Program-made: the position numbers and the translations under genes
Assembly (NCBI GenBank): GCA_027035885.1
Contig: JALVTR010000135.1
Location: 9,964 to 73,963 of the forward strand
Direction: 5' to 3'
DNA: 64,000 nucleotides
Source of the DNA: Desulfurellales bacterium
GTDB taxonomy: Bacteria; Campylobacterota_A; Desulfurellia; Desulfurellales; Hippeaceae
The notes under the pieces: generated by a model
What the model saw: the letters and a program-made list of their open reading frames with translations, nothing else
What the model was told of the DNA's origin: nothing
Databases searched by the model: none
Part shown: positions 1-9,092 of the stretch, piece after piece
How the letters are laid out: every line of letters begins with the position of its first letter
Numbering within the stretch: position 1 is the first letter of the stretch

Positions 1-1116
1 AGTAAAAGAATCGCGGAGTTTCATTTAAATGCAGAGACAAACGATTATATAAATCAGTTTGGGAGTATTGAGACAAACAAATTTAATACGGATGAAAATT
101 TTGAGCAGACGAAGGGCGGCGTGGGTGAGTTTATTACACAGTTTCAATACGATGCCATCAAGGATTACACAAACAGGTTTTATGTTGAAAACAAAGAATT
201 GTTTGAGAAAAGGATAAAAGAACAGAAAATTAGGGATTGTCACGGTGATTTATACTCGAGAAATATATGCATTGTCGATGAAGAAAGGATTTATGTGTAT
301 GACTGCATAGAGTTCAATGAGCGCTTCAGGTACTCGGATGTGGCAAACGATGTAGCGTTTCTGCTTATGGATTTAGAAAACTATTCGAGGTATGATTTGT
401 CGGATTTGTTTTTTGAAAAGTATGTTGAGTTCTCGAAAGATTTGGATTTGAAAAAGATAATAGGTTTTTACAAGGTTTACAGGGCTTACGTTAGAGGAAA
501 AATCGCGTTCTTTCAAAACAATAAGGAAGAAGCAGACAGGTACTTTGATTTGGCTTTTGGTTATTTGCCTTCTGAATATAAACCAAAGGTTGTTGTACTG
601 AGTGGTTTGACAGGCAGTGGCAAGACAACTGTGGCTAAGGAGTTGCAGAGAAAAGCTGATTTCGTGGTTATTTCATCGGACAAGGTGAGAAAGCAGCTTG
701 TCGGCATGGATGTCTATGAAAAGGATCTATCGGATTACAAAAAAGGCATTTACAGTGAAGAGATGACGCAAAGGGTCTATGATGAAATCATAAATCGGGC
801 TTATGGCTTTGTAAGGGAAGGGGAAAACGTTGTTTTGGATGCCACTTTTATAAAGAAATGGCAGATGGATAAGGTTTTTGAAAGGTTTAAGAAGCTCGGT
901 ATAAAACCTTTGGTTGTGTTTTTGAAACTTGACGAGCAAACAGCTTTGGAACATTTTAAGAAAAGGGGAAAAGAGAAGAGCATTTCGGACGGAAGGTATG
1001 AGATCTTTGTTAAACAGAAAAATGACTTTGAAATGCCTGAAGACGCTCTTGTGATTGATGCGAAAAGGCCCATTGTTAAAATAGTTGAAAAAATATTAAA
1101 CAGGGTGGGGGTGTGA
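1..1116 (+). CDS. Bifunctional aminoglycoside-phosphotransferase-like / P-loop kinase protein (Rv2004c-like), 5' partial
   Basis: Frame is open from base 1 (SKRIAEFHLNAE...), so it starts upstream of the window. APH-like CHGDLYSRNI and DCIEFNERFRYSDVANDVAFLLMDL motifs, then Walker A GLTGSGKTT. Confidence 0.85.
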   Translation, partial: SKRIAEFHLNAETNDYINQFGSIETNKFNTDENFEQTKGGVGEFITQFQYDAIKDYTNRFYVENKELFEKRIKEQKIRDCHGDLYSRNICIVDEERIYVYDCIEFNERFRYSDVANDVAFLLMDLENYSRYDLSDLFFEKYVEFSKDLDLKKIIGFYKVYRAYVRGKIAFFQNNKEEADRYFDLAFGYLPSEYKPKVVVLSGLTGSGKTTVAKELQRKADFVVISSDKVRKQLVGMDVYEKDLSDYKKGIYSEEMTQRVYDEIINRAYGFVREGENVVLDATFIKKWQMDKVFERFKKLGIKPLVVFLKLDEQTALEHFKKRGKEKSISDGRYEIFVKQKNDFEMPEDALVIDAKRPIVKIVEKILNRVGV

Positions 1117-1119
1117 AAG

Positions 1120-1851
1120 ATGAGGCTCGGTGTTAATATAGACCATGTGGCCACAATTAGGCAGGCGCGAAGAACTATTGAGCCAGAGCCGGTCTATGCA
1201 GCTCTACTTGCCCAAGAGGCTTTGGCTGATGGAATTACAATTCACCTAAGAGAAGATAGACGTCATATACAGGATAAAGATGTTTACCAAATTAAGAGTG
1301 TTATAAAGATACCGTTGAATTTAGAGATGAGCTTGAATGAGGATATCGTTAAAATTGCGTTGGATGTTAAGCCGCATCAAGCGACAATTGTGCCTGAAAA
1401 TAGGCAGGAAATAACAACCGAGGGAGGGCTTGATGTAGCTGCGAATTTTGACAGAGTGAAGAGTGTTGTCAGAAAGCTCAAAGATAGTGGCATCATTGTG
1501 AGCCTGTTTATCGACCCTTTAGAGTGGCAAATTGATGAATCAAAAAATGCTGGGGCAGACGCCGTTGAGTTCCATACGGGTAGCTATGCCAATGCTAAGC
1601 CTATCAGAGAAAGGGAAATAGAGCTTGAAAAACTTGCTAATGCCTGCAAGTACGCTAAATCTTTGGGTTTACACGTGCATGCTGGTCATGGTTTGACCTA
1701 TGAAAATGTGAAATCTGTGGCTGCTATTGAGGAGATTGAGGAGTTGAATATAGGCCACAGCATCATAGCCAAGAGCGTTTTTTTAGGGCTAAAAGAGGCG
1801 ATACGCTTGATGAGACAGTTGATTCAAGAGGCAAAATGGACGTTGGCATAG
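1120..1851 (+). CDS. pdxJ: Pyridoxine 5'-phosphate synthase
   Basis: LGVNIDHVATIRQAR, ITIHLREDRRHI, HAGHGL and ELNIGHSII signature motifs. Confidence 0.97.
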   Translation: MRLGVNIDHVATIRQARRTIEPEPVYAALLAQEALADGITIHLREDRRHIQDKDVYQIKSVIKIPLNLEMSLNEDIVKIALDVKPHQATIVPENRQEITTEGGLDVAANFDRVKSVVRKLKDSGIIVSLFIDPLEWQIDESKNAGADAVEFHTGSYANAKPIREREIELEKLANACKYAKSLGLHVHAGHGLTYENVKSVAAIEEIEELNIGHSIIAKSVFLGLKEAIRLMRQLIQEAKWTLA

Positions 1852-2168
1852 ATATTGAAGAGATTGACCGAATAAAGAAAGCACATAAAAAGTGGGGTGA
1901 GAGGTTTTTAAATCGAATATTCACAAAAAAAGAGTTGGATTACTGCTTTTCAAAGAATAATCCCTATCAGTGTTTGACGGGTAGATTTTGTTCAAAAGAA
2001 GCTGTAATAAAGGTTTTTGACGGTAAAATTAGTTTTTCTGATATAGAAATCATAAATGAAAAAAGTGGAAAACCGTATGTTTTCATAAATGGCAAGTTGA
2101 GTAGCATTAAAATCTCAATATCTCACTCAAGGTCGTGGGCGACTGCTGTGGCTTTAAAAGATGAATGA
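1836..2168 (+). CDS. acpS: Holo-ACP synthase
   Basis: GIDIEEIDRI, GRFCSKEAVIK, SISHS motifs; pdxJ-acpS synteny. Confidence 0.95.
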   Translation: MDVGIDIEEIDRIKKAHKKWGERFLNRIFTKKELDYCFSKNNPYQCLTGRFCSKEAVIKVFDGKISFSDIEIINEKSGKPYVFINGKLSSIKISISHSRSWATAVALKDE

Positions 2169-3363
2169 GGTTGAAACATATAGAGAATTTAACTCAATTC
2201 TCAATAGCCTCAATCCATATTCTATGGATTTAACTTTGGATAGAATTAAGGATTTTTGCTCAAAAATTGGTAACCCGCAGAACAGTTTCAGGTCTATTTT
2301 AGTTGGAGGGACAAACGGCAAGGGTAGTGTGTGCCAGTATTTAACAGACTGTTTTGTTTCAAGTGGGTATGCATGCGGAACATACACATCACCGCATTTG
2401 ATTTTGCCCAATGAAAGGATAAAAATAAATAACAAACCTGTTGATTTTTCAATGCTACTTGATTATGCAAAATTTATACAGGGTATAAACTTTGAAGGAC
2501 TGACGTACTTTGAATTTTTAACTGTTCTTGCCTTTTTGGTGTTCAAGGATTTTAAAGTTGATGTGGCGGTATTGGAAGTGGGTATGGGTGGTGAGTTCGA
2601 TGCAACAAACGTTGTAAATCCGATTTTGAGTGTTTTGACCTCGATATCGCTTGACCATGAGGAACATTTAGGCAGAACTGTTGAGGAAATAGCACTTACA
2701 AAGTCAAAGATAATAAAGAAGTTGGGTATTGTATCTAAGAATGCCGATAAAGTTGTGGACGTGATTAAAAGAAATGTAAAGACTTCTGTTTATTTTGTTG
2801 ATGACGAGTATTTAAAGAAAGCTAAAGATCTTAATGCCAAAAATGCTGTGAATTTGGATAATGTTGCTGTGACACTACTTGCTATAGATGTTTTGAATGA
2901 AAAATATGGATTTAAACTGAATTATGGGGCTTTGAGAAAGAGTTTTTGGCCCGGCAGGTTTGAAGTTTTGAGCGTAAATAACAAAACTGTGATTTTAGAC
3001 GGTGCTCATAATATGGCAGGAATAGCCAATTTAAAGAGGTTACTTGAAAGCAGTGGTGTTTTTAATGACAGCAGTGCTCTTGTTTTTTCAAGCTTGACGA
3101 CAAAGAGATGGAAAGAGGGGCTAAAGCAAGTATTGGACGGTTTTGAATGTATTTGTCCCGTGGGCATAAAAAATAAGCTTGGTGTTGACCCTTATGAGAT
3201 AAAGGATTTTTTGGAGGGTAAAAAATTTAATGGTGAAATCAGGGTTTTTAAGAGCGTAAGCGAAGCATTAAATCAACTCTTAACATCGAAATTTAAAAAT
3301 ATAGTAATTGCGGGATCGCTCTACCTTGTGGGTGAAGCTTTGGCGTGTTTTTTAGTTGAATAA
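2161..3363 (+). CDS. folC: Folylpolyglutamate synthase / dihydrofolate synthase
   Basis: VGGTNGKGS, YTSPHL, EVGMGGEFDATNV, WPGRFE, DGAHN, GSLYLVGE. Confidence 0.95.
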   Translation: MNEVETYREFNSILNSLNPYSMDLTLDRIKDFCSKIGNPQNSFRSILVGGTNGKGSVCQYLTDCFVSSGYACGTYTSPHLILPNERIKINNKPVDFSMLLDYAKFIQGINFEGLTYFEFLTVLAFLVFKDFKVDVAVLEVGMGGEFDATNVVNPILSVLTSISLDHEEHLGRTVEEIALTKSKIIKKLGIVSKNADKVVDVIKRNVKTSVYFVDDEYLKKAKDLNAKNAVNLDNVAVTLLAIDVLNEKYGFKLNYGALRKSFWPGRFEVLSVNNKTVILDGAHNMAGIANLKRLLESSGVFNDSSALVFSSLTTKRWKEGLKQVLDGFECICPVGIKNKLGVDPYEIKDFLEGKKFNGEIRVFKSVSEALNQLLTSKFKNIVIAGSLYLVGEALACFLVE

Positions 3364-3383
3364 AAAAGGCGGCAGAAGCCGCC
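3362..3383 (-). terminator. Intrinsic terminator between convergent folC and porB
   Basis: GGCGGC-AGAA-GCCGCC hairpin (3368-3383) with A6 at 3362-3367, which is the U-tract on the minus strand. Confidence 0.75.
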
Positions 3384-3390
3384 AATAATG

Positions 3391-4347
3391 CTATTCTTTT
3401 GTTGTTCCATATTCGATACCACACTCCTCTCTCTTTAAGAGCCATTCCCAGTGGGCATTAACCTGTTTTTGGAACTCTTCAATTAAATACTCGTTGCCTT
3501 TTTTAAATAAGTGAGCAAATCTTTTCTGTGGCTTTAGATATTCCGTTACGGGTAGCTTCTTCTTTGGTTTGTAATTTATTACAACTTTGCCGTTTATAAC
3601 TTCATACAACGGCCATACGCATGTGTCGACTGCAAGCTGGGCTATTTCTATTGCCATGTTTGGCGGAAAGCCCCAACCCGTTGTACAGGGTTCTATGACG
3701 TTGAGATATGTTGGTCCGTTTACGTCCAATGCCTTTTTGACTTTATTCATTAAATCTCTCCAGTTTGATGGAGAAGCCTGAGCTGTGTAGGGCAAGTGAT
3801 GGCCTTCAATAATACTTACAATATCCTTTCTTGGCTGTTCCTTACCGAACTTTATTTTACCGTTTGGAGATGTGGTTGTTGAGCCGCCAAATGGTGTAGC
3901 AGATGACCTCTGGTTTCCCGTGTTCTGGTATGCGTTGTTGTCGTTACAGATGTATAAGAATTGGTGACCCCTCTCGATAGCACCCGACAATGCTTGGAAG
4001 CCAATATCGTATGTTCCGCCGTCACTTGCAAGTGCTATAAATCTTATGTCCTTATTAGTTCTCCCTTTTCTTTTCCAAACTTTATACATTGCTTCTATAC
4101 CACTGATTGTACTTGCTGCATTCTCGAAAGCACTGTGTATCCATGGGACATTCCAGCTTGTGTAGGGATATAATCCTGAGGAAACCTCAAAGCACCCTGT
4201 GGCAGCAGCAATTATTATGTCATATTTATCTGTGTCTGCAGCTGCGAACACTTGCCTCATTATTACTGGATGGGTGCAACCAGGGCACAATCTATGTCCA
4301 TTAACTAATCCTTCTTTTTTCTTTGCCAACTCATTTAACAGAGCCAT
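3391..4347 (-). CDS. porB: Pyruvate:ferredoxin oxidoreductase beta subunit (TPP-binding)
   Basis: GHRLCPGC, ATGCFEV, SDGGTYDIGFQALSG, DNNAYQNTGNQRS, PCTTGW. Confidence 0.93.
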   Translation of the reverse strand: MALLNELAKKKEGLVNGHRLCPGCTHPVIMRQVFAAADTDKYDIIIAAATGCFEVSSGLYPYTSWNVPWIHSAFENAASTISGIEAMYKVWKRKGRTNKDIRFIALASDGGTYDIGFQALSGAIERGHQFLYICNDNNAYQNTGNQRSSATPFGGSTTTSPNGKIKFGKEQPRKDIVSIIEGHHLPYTAQASPSNWRDLMNKVKKALDVNGPTYLNVIEPCTTGWGFPPNMAIEIAQLAVDTCVWPLYEVINGKVVINYKPKKKLPVTEYLKPQKRFAHLFKKGNEYLIEEFQKQVNAHWEWLLKREECGIEYGTTKE

Positions 4348-4350
4348 ATT

Positions 4351-5541
4351 TTACCTCCATTCTCCCCTTAAGTTCAAGCAGTCGAATTGTTTCTCAACCT
4401 TTCCTGTTTCGACGATTCTTTTTAGTGTTTCAAATACCGAGTTTATATGCTTTGGCTGTGTATCCCTGCCACCCAAACCATAAGTATAATTTATAACTGG
4501 AGTTCTTGATTGCGTATCATATAGAGCGCTTCTGATTTCTGTGAATAATGGTCCTCCCTGTGCTCCAGCTGGTGAAACCCTATCGAGCACGGCAATGGCT
4601 TTGGCGGATTGCAAAGTTTCGGCAAGTTCTTCATACGGGAACGGTCTGAAAAGCCTGATTTTTAATAACCCTGCTTTTACGCCATCTTCCCTTAAACCAT
4701 CAATTATATCTTTTGTAGTTCCACAAACAGAACCAGCAGCTACGATTACGTATTCTGCATCATCTAATTTATAAGCTTCGTATAGTCCATAGTGCCTACC
4801 AAATGTCTCTCCAAACTCTTTGCCAACCTTTTCCACTACATCTTTTGAATCAAGCAATCCTTTTAATTGGCTTATTTTGTGCTCAAAGTACCAGTTTGGA
4901 GGAGCCCAAGCACCATGTGTTACAGGTTCATCGGTGTTGAGCATTGGATATAGTGGCTCATATTCACCTATAAACTCTTTAACCTTCTGATCATCTTCAA
5001 GTTCCCATATTTCGATCGTGTGTGATGTGTTAAATCCGTCCTGCGCCACCAAAGCAGGTGTCATAACATTTTTATTTTCTGCTATTTTAACTGCCTGAAT
5101 GATATTGTCGTAGGCTTCTTGTGAGTTTTCTGATATCAGCTGAATCCAACCTGTATCCCTTCCACCCATTATATCTGAATGATCACCGTGAATATTTAGA
5201 GGAGATGAAAGCGCTCTTGCCACAACTGCCATGACAATGGGTAATCTCATACCGCTTGCTATGTAAAGCATCTCCCACATTAGGGCGTAGCCGTTTGCGC
5301 TTGTTGCTGTCATGACCCTGCCGCCAGCTGCAGCAGCGCCTATGCATGCACTCATTGCAGAGTGTTCTGATTCTACAGTTACTAATTCTGTGTCCATTTC
5401 ACCGTCTGCTATAAACTGAGCTACAGTTTGAGGAATTGGTGTAGATGGTGTTATTGGGAAAGCTGCTATAACATCTGGATTGATTTGCCTTATTGCATGA
5501 GCAGCAGCCTCATTTCCTGTTAATGCTACTTTTTTTCCCAT
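4351..5541 (-). CDS. porA: Pyruvate:ferredoxin oxidoreductase alpha subunit
   Basis: TGNEAAA, AFPITPST, VESEHSAMSACIGAAAAGGR, GLGGRD. Confidence 0.93.
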   Translation of the reverse strand: MGKKVALTGNEAAAHAIRQINPDVIAAFPITPSTPIPQTVAQFIADGEMDTELVTVESEHSAMSACIGAAAAGGRVMTATSANGYALMWEMLYIASGMRLPIVMAVVARALSSPLNIHGDHSDIMGGRDTGWIQLISENSQEAYDNIIQAVKIAENKNVMTPALVAQDGFNTSHTIEIWELEDDQKVKEFIGEYEPLYPMLNTDEPVTHGAWAPPNWYFEHKISQLKGLLDSKDVVEKVGKEFGETFGRHYGLYEAYKLDDAEYVIVAAGSVCGTTKDIIDGLREDGVKAGLLKIRLFRPFPYEELAETLQSAKAIAVLDRVSPAGAQGGPLFTEIRSALYDTQSRTPVINYTYGLGGRDTQPKHINSVFETLKRIVETGKVEKQFDCLNLRGEWR

Positions 5542-5551
5542 TTATTTCCTC

Positions 5552-5902
5552 CTATTTTTCACTTGAAAAAACTTCTTTTCTTAACTCTTCCTCTGTTTTA
5601 CCTTTAGACTCGGCCTCTAATATCATCTTTAAAGATTTAGGCTTTGTAGGGCATTGCTCAACACATATTCCGCACCCCTTGCAAAATGTGTAATCTATGC
5701 CTGTCATTTTACCATTTTCGTCTACTTTTATAGAACTATCCGGGCAATAAACCCAGCAGAACATGCATTGTATGCATGTATCTTGGTTCCAAACAGGTCT
5801 TTCCACTCTCCAAGAACCTGTTTCGTACTGTTTTGAGTTTCCAGGGTCTTTTATTGCTCCTCCTATTAGCACTTCATCCCAATTTAGAAGTTTTTCAGCC
5901 AT
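5552..5902 (-). CDS. porD: Pyruvate:ferredoxin oxidoreductase delta subunit (2x[4Fe-4S])
   Basis: TGSWRVERP, CIQCMFCWVYCPD, CKGCGICVEQCP. Confidence 0.93.
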   Translation of the reverse strand: MAEKLLNWDEVLIGGAIKDPGNSKQYETGSWRVERPVWNQDTCIQCMFCWVYCPDSSIKVDENGKMTGIDYTFCKGCGICVEQCPTKPKSLKMILEAESKGKTEEELRKEVFSSEK

Positions 5903-6478
5903 TTACTTTACCTCCTCGAAAGCTAACTCTATAGCCTTTCTGTTTCCTTCTATTATTTTTTCAGGAAACTTTCCTGTCTCTTTCAAAAGTTCTACAACTC
6001 CATTTACGACGCCATCTTTTGTAAATAAACCTGTAACTTTTGCTAAAGCTCCGATCATAGGAGTGTTTGGTATGGCCCTTCCTAATGCTTCCATACTTAT
6101 TTTGTTTGCATCTGCAACATATACTTCGTAACCTTCAAGCCCAAGCTCTTTGATAACCTCTTCCTTTGAAAAGGCTGTGTTTACTATAACTTTTCCAGAT
6201 TTTTTCAATCCTTCTTTAACATCTACGAGACCCAAGAGTGTGGGATCTAAAAGTAAAACGATGTCTGGCTTCATATACTCCGAATGATCTCTAATGGGTT
6301 TTTCATCAACCCTTGTAAATGCTACAACAGGCGCTCCCCTTTTCTCCGCACCGTAAACGGCGAACCCTTGAGCGTAAATTCCCTCTTCCTGTGAGATTAG
6401 TTCAGCCAAGGTTTTTGCAGCAGTGACTGCTCCCTGGCCGGCCCTCCCGTGCCATCTGATATCCATTTTCTTAGACAT
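5903..6478 (-). CDS. porC: Pyruvate:ferredoxin oxidoreductase gamma subunit
   Basis: IRWHGRAGQGAVT, YGAEKRGAPV, PNTPMIGA. Start moved to ATG at 6478 (GGGGG SD upstream). Confidence 0.92.
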   Translation of the reverse strand: MSKKMDIRWHGRAGQGAVTAAKTLAELISQEEGIYAQGFAVYGAEKRGAPVVAFTRVDEKPIRDHSEYMKPDIVLLLDPTLLGLVDVKEGLKKSGKVIVNTAFSKEEVIKELGLEGYEVYVADANKISMEALGRAIPNTPMIGALAKVTGLFTKDGVVNGVVELLKETGKFPEKIIEGNRKAIELAFEEVK

Positions 6479-6508
6479 TTTTTTAACCCCCAAGCCATAT
6501 TTTTTGGT

Positions 6509-7114
6509 TTATATGTAAATCCTTGATTTTAGAGCTTCTGTAAGAGTTTTCTTATCAACATAATTTATATCTTGCCCTATCGGTATTCCACTTGCCACTT
6601 TGCTTATTTTCACGTTTAGATTCCTTAAGCTATCTTTTATGTAGTGTATTGTTAAATCACCTTCTGAAGTTGAGCTTAAAACTAAAATTACTTCCTTTAT
6701 TTCTTCTTTTTTTACCCTTTCTTTTAAATGATCTATTCTTCCTAATACAGTTTCTGTGTTGTATAGTGGTGAAATTACTCCCCCTAAAACTAGGTAGAGA
6801 CCATTATACACATTGGATTGTTCTATTTCAACTAAGTTTTCTATAGTTTGAACCACACATATTGTAGATTTATCCCTTTCGTAATCTTTACAAATTTCGC
6901 ATAACCTATCTTTAGATGTAGTTAGATTAAAGCATTTACTGCAGGTTGTTACATTTTTAACTAAACTATTTAGGGATTCTAATAGATTAATAGTTTCTGT
7001 TTTGTGTTCTCCTAACCATATCGCGTATCTTTTAGCACTTTTAAAACCTATACCGGGAATTTTTGATAGATATGTTGAAACTCTGTTTATCTCGTCTAAT
7101 TCCGATTTTTGCAT
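6509..7114 (-). CDS. recR: Recombination mediator RecR
   Basis: IPGIGFKSAKR HhH, C4 zinc finger (CSKC...CEIC), ICVV, GLYLVLGG, Toprim EGDLT. Confidence 0.95.
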   Translation of the reverse strand: MQKSELDEINRVSTYLSKIPGIGFKSAKRYAIWLGEHKTETINLLESLNSLVKNVTTCSKCFNLTTSKDRLCEICKDYERDKSTICVVQTIENLVEIEQSNVYNGLYLVLGGVISPLYNTETVLGRIDHLKERVKKEEIKEVILVLSSTSEGDLTIHYIKDSLRNLNVKISKVASGIPIGQDINYVDKKTLTEALKSRIYI

Positions 7115-7444
7115 CTAAAACATACCTGGTATATTTAAACCTCCAGTTAAAGCAGATATTTTTTCTTCCATGGTTTCTTTGGCTTTTCTCACTGCCTCAT
7201 TTACACCGGATAATATCAAGTCCTCGAGGGTTTCTACATCCTCTGGGTCTACAATTTCTTTTGATATTTTTATGTTAACTATCTCTCCGAGGCCATTTGC
7301 TTTAACTGTTACCATACCACCGCCTACAGATACATCAACCGTTTCTTTAGCAGCATTTTCTTGAGCCTCTGCAATCTGCTTTTGGATTTTTTTTGCTTGA
7401 GCCATCAAACTATTTAAGTCCATACCGCCAAAATTTTTAGCCAT
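7115..7444 (-). CDS. ybaB: YbaB/EbfC nucleoid-associated protein
   Basis: GGGMVTVKANG, DVETLEDLILSGVNEA; dnaX-ybaB-recR synteny. Confidence 0.95.
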   Translation of the reverse strand: MAKNFGGMDLNSLMAQAKKIQKQIAEAQENAAKETVDVSVGGGMVTVKANGLGEIVNIKISKEIVDPEDVETLEDLILSGVNEAVRKAKETMEEKISALTGGLNIPGMF

Positions 7445-7473
7445 GCTACCTCCTCAAACTACTTAATTATATA

Positions 7474-8697
7474 CTAATCATTTATTTTTTCAATATTTAT
7501 TATTTTTCCACCAAAAGTTTTTAGGATTAAGTCAACTTTTGATTCACTATCACTATTCTTATTTAAGTTTTCTTGTAAGCTACCTTTTTCTGTTGTTTCT
7601 AAGTTTTTTAACTTTTTCTTTGCTTCTGAGCTATTGCTTATGCTAAATGAGCCACTTTGAACTTTTTCTATTAGATTCTCTATCTTGTCCAATTTTATTG
7701 CTGCTTTTGCTTTGTAGGTTGCAACAATTAATGCGTCCTGTGGATTTATTTTTTGTTTAATATCTACGAGAGATTGATAGAATATATTTAACAATGCGGT
7801 TCTTGTCTCAAGTGAGATATCCTGTTTTAATAACTCTTCTATAACAATTCTGTTGAAGGTATCTAAGTTTATGGAATTTCCGGATAGTTGATTAATTATT
7901 TTTAATGCCTCTTTCTCTGAATTGGTCAAAATCTCATTTATGTATTCTTTAACTATTTCCCTTGTGGGGACTCCAATTACTCTTGAAACATCGTCTTTTG
8001 TGATTGTTCCATAGGGTTTAAATGATATGCATCTATCTAAAAAGCCTTCTGCTACCCTGAGCGAACCATTGCTGGCGAAGGCTATTAAATTTATGGCGTC
8101 TTCTTCTATTTTTATGTTTTCTGATTGAGATATGAATAGTAACTTTTTAGATATTTCAGCCTCTGGAATCTTTTTTAGGTACAATATTTGACATCGTGAG
8201 AGTATTGTGTCTGGTACCTTTTCTATTGCAGTTGTAGCAAAGATGAATTTAACGTAGGATGGGGGCTCCTCAATGGTTTTTAGCATGGCATTAAAGGCTT
8301 CGAGTGTGAACATGTGGACTTCATCTATAATGTATATCTTGAACCGTCTTTTCAATGGTGGATATTTAACGCTTTCTATGATGTTACGGGCGTTTTCTAT
8401 CTTTCTATTTGATGCGCCATCAATCTCAACTACATCAACGTCTTTTCCTAACGATATTGCCTGACAAGCTTCGCATGTCCCACATGGTTCTATTGTAGGG
8501 CCATTATCACAGTTTAAAGATTTAGCCACAATCCTTGCAAGAGAGGTTTTGCCTGTCCCCATTGGACCATAAAATAGCATGGCGTGATGAAGTTTTCCCG
8601 TTTTTATGGCGTTTTTTAGGATTGTTACGGCGACAGGTTGCCCTACAACCTCAGATAGTTTTGAAGGTCTGTATTTACGTGCAAGAACCTTGTACAT
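7474..8697 (-). CDS. dnaX: DNA polymerase III gamma/tau subunit (407 aa)
   Basis: MYKVLARKYRP, GPMGTGKTS, EIDGASN, IIDEVHM, LSRC. True start ATG at 8697 with AGGGAG SD; the ORF-track extension runs into the SRP RNA. Confidence 0.96.
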   Translation of the reverse strand: MYKVLARKYRPSKLSEVVGQPVAVTILKNAIKTGKLHHAMLFYGPMGTGKTSLARIVAKSLNCDNGPTIEPCGTCEACQAISLGKDVDVVEIDGASNRKIENARNIIESVKYPPLKRRFKIYIIDEVHMFTLEAFNAMLKTIEEPPSYVKFIFATTAIEKVPDTILSRCQILYLKKIPEAEISKKLLFISQSENIKIEEDAINLIAFASNGSLRVAEGFLDRCISFKPYGTITKDDVSRVIGVPTREIVKEYINEILTNSEKEALKIINQLSGNSINLDTFNRIVIEELLKQDISLETRTALLNIFYQSLVDIKQKINPQDALIVATYKAKAAIKLDKIENLIEKVQSGSFSISNSSEAKKKLKNLETTEKGSLQENLNKNSDSESKVDLILKTFGGKIINIEKIND

Positions 8698-8710
8698 ATT
8701 AATCTCCCTT

Positions 8711-8834
8711 AGCGATGTCCACCATAAGCAGGACATTGCGCGCTCACACAGCCCCATCTACCGTTGCTCCCTTCCGGGCCTGGCGGGGTTTGATAAGGAG
8801 TGTGTCGTGCAAGCCCACTTAAGTGGACATCGCT
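8711..8834 (-). ncRNA. ffs: Signal recognition particle RNA (4.5S-type)
   Basis: Minus strand carries the conserved helix-8 motif GCCAGGCCCGGAAGGGAGCAAC inside one long hairpin closed by a perfect 12-bp stem (AGCGATGTCCAC / GTGGACATCGCT). Typical position upstream of dnaX. Confidence 0.92.
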
Positions 8835-8843
8835 AAAAGAAAT

Positions 8844-8920
8844 TGGCGCGCCCAAGAGGACTCGAACCTCTGGCCCCAAGAACCGCAATCTTGTGCTCTA
8901 TCCATCTGAGCTATGGGCGC
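8844..8920 (-). tRNA. tRNA-Arg (anticodon GCG)
   Basis: GCGCCCA/TGGGCGC acceptor stem, encoded CCA, GGTTCGAGTCC T-arm, anticodon arm CAAGA-TTGCGGT-TCTTG; 77 nt. Confidence 0.95.
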
Positions 8921-8943
8921 GGTTTCCATCATAATAATTAAAA

Positions 8944-9038
<95 letters not shown>

Positions 9039-9051
9039 GCTCGCGAAACTG

Positions 9052-9080
9052 ATACTAACAGCAAAATTTTTTGTTGTCAA
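9052..9080 (-). promoter_or_regulatory. Sigma70-type promoter of the tRNA-Ser/tRNA-Arg/ffs/dnaX transcript
   Basis: TTGACA-N17-TAGTAT on the minus strand, ending 13 nt upstream of tRNA-Ser. Confidence 0.7.
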
Positions 9081-9092
9081 GTTATGATAAAG

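Noticed and set aside
7603-7609. A_AAA_AAC slippery heptamer near the 3' end of dnaX (possible -1 frameshift to a gamma-like product)
   Set aside because: The -1 frame would stop a few codons later, but no upstream internal SD or downstream stem-loop is visible, and A-runs are common in this AT-rich DNA.
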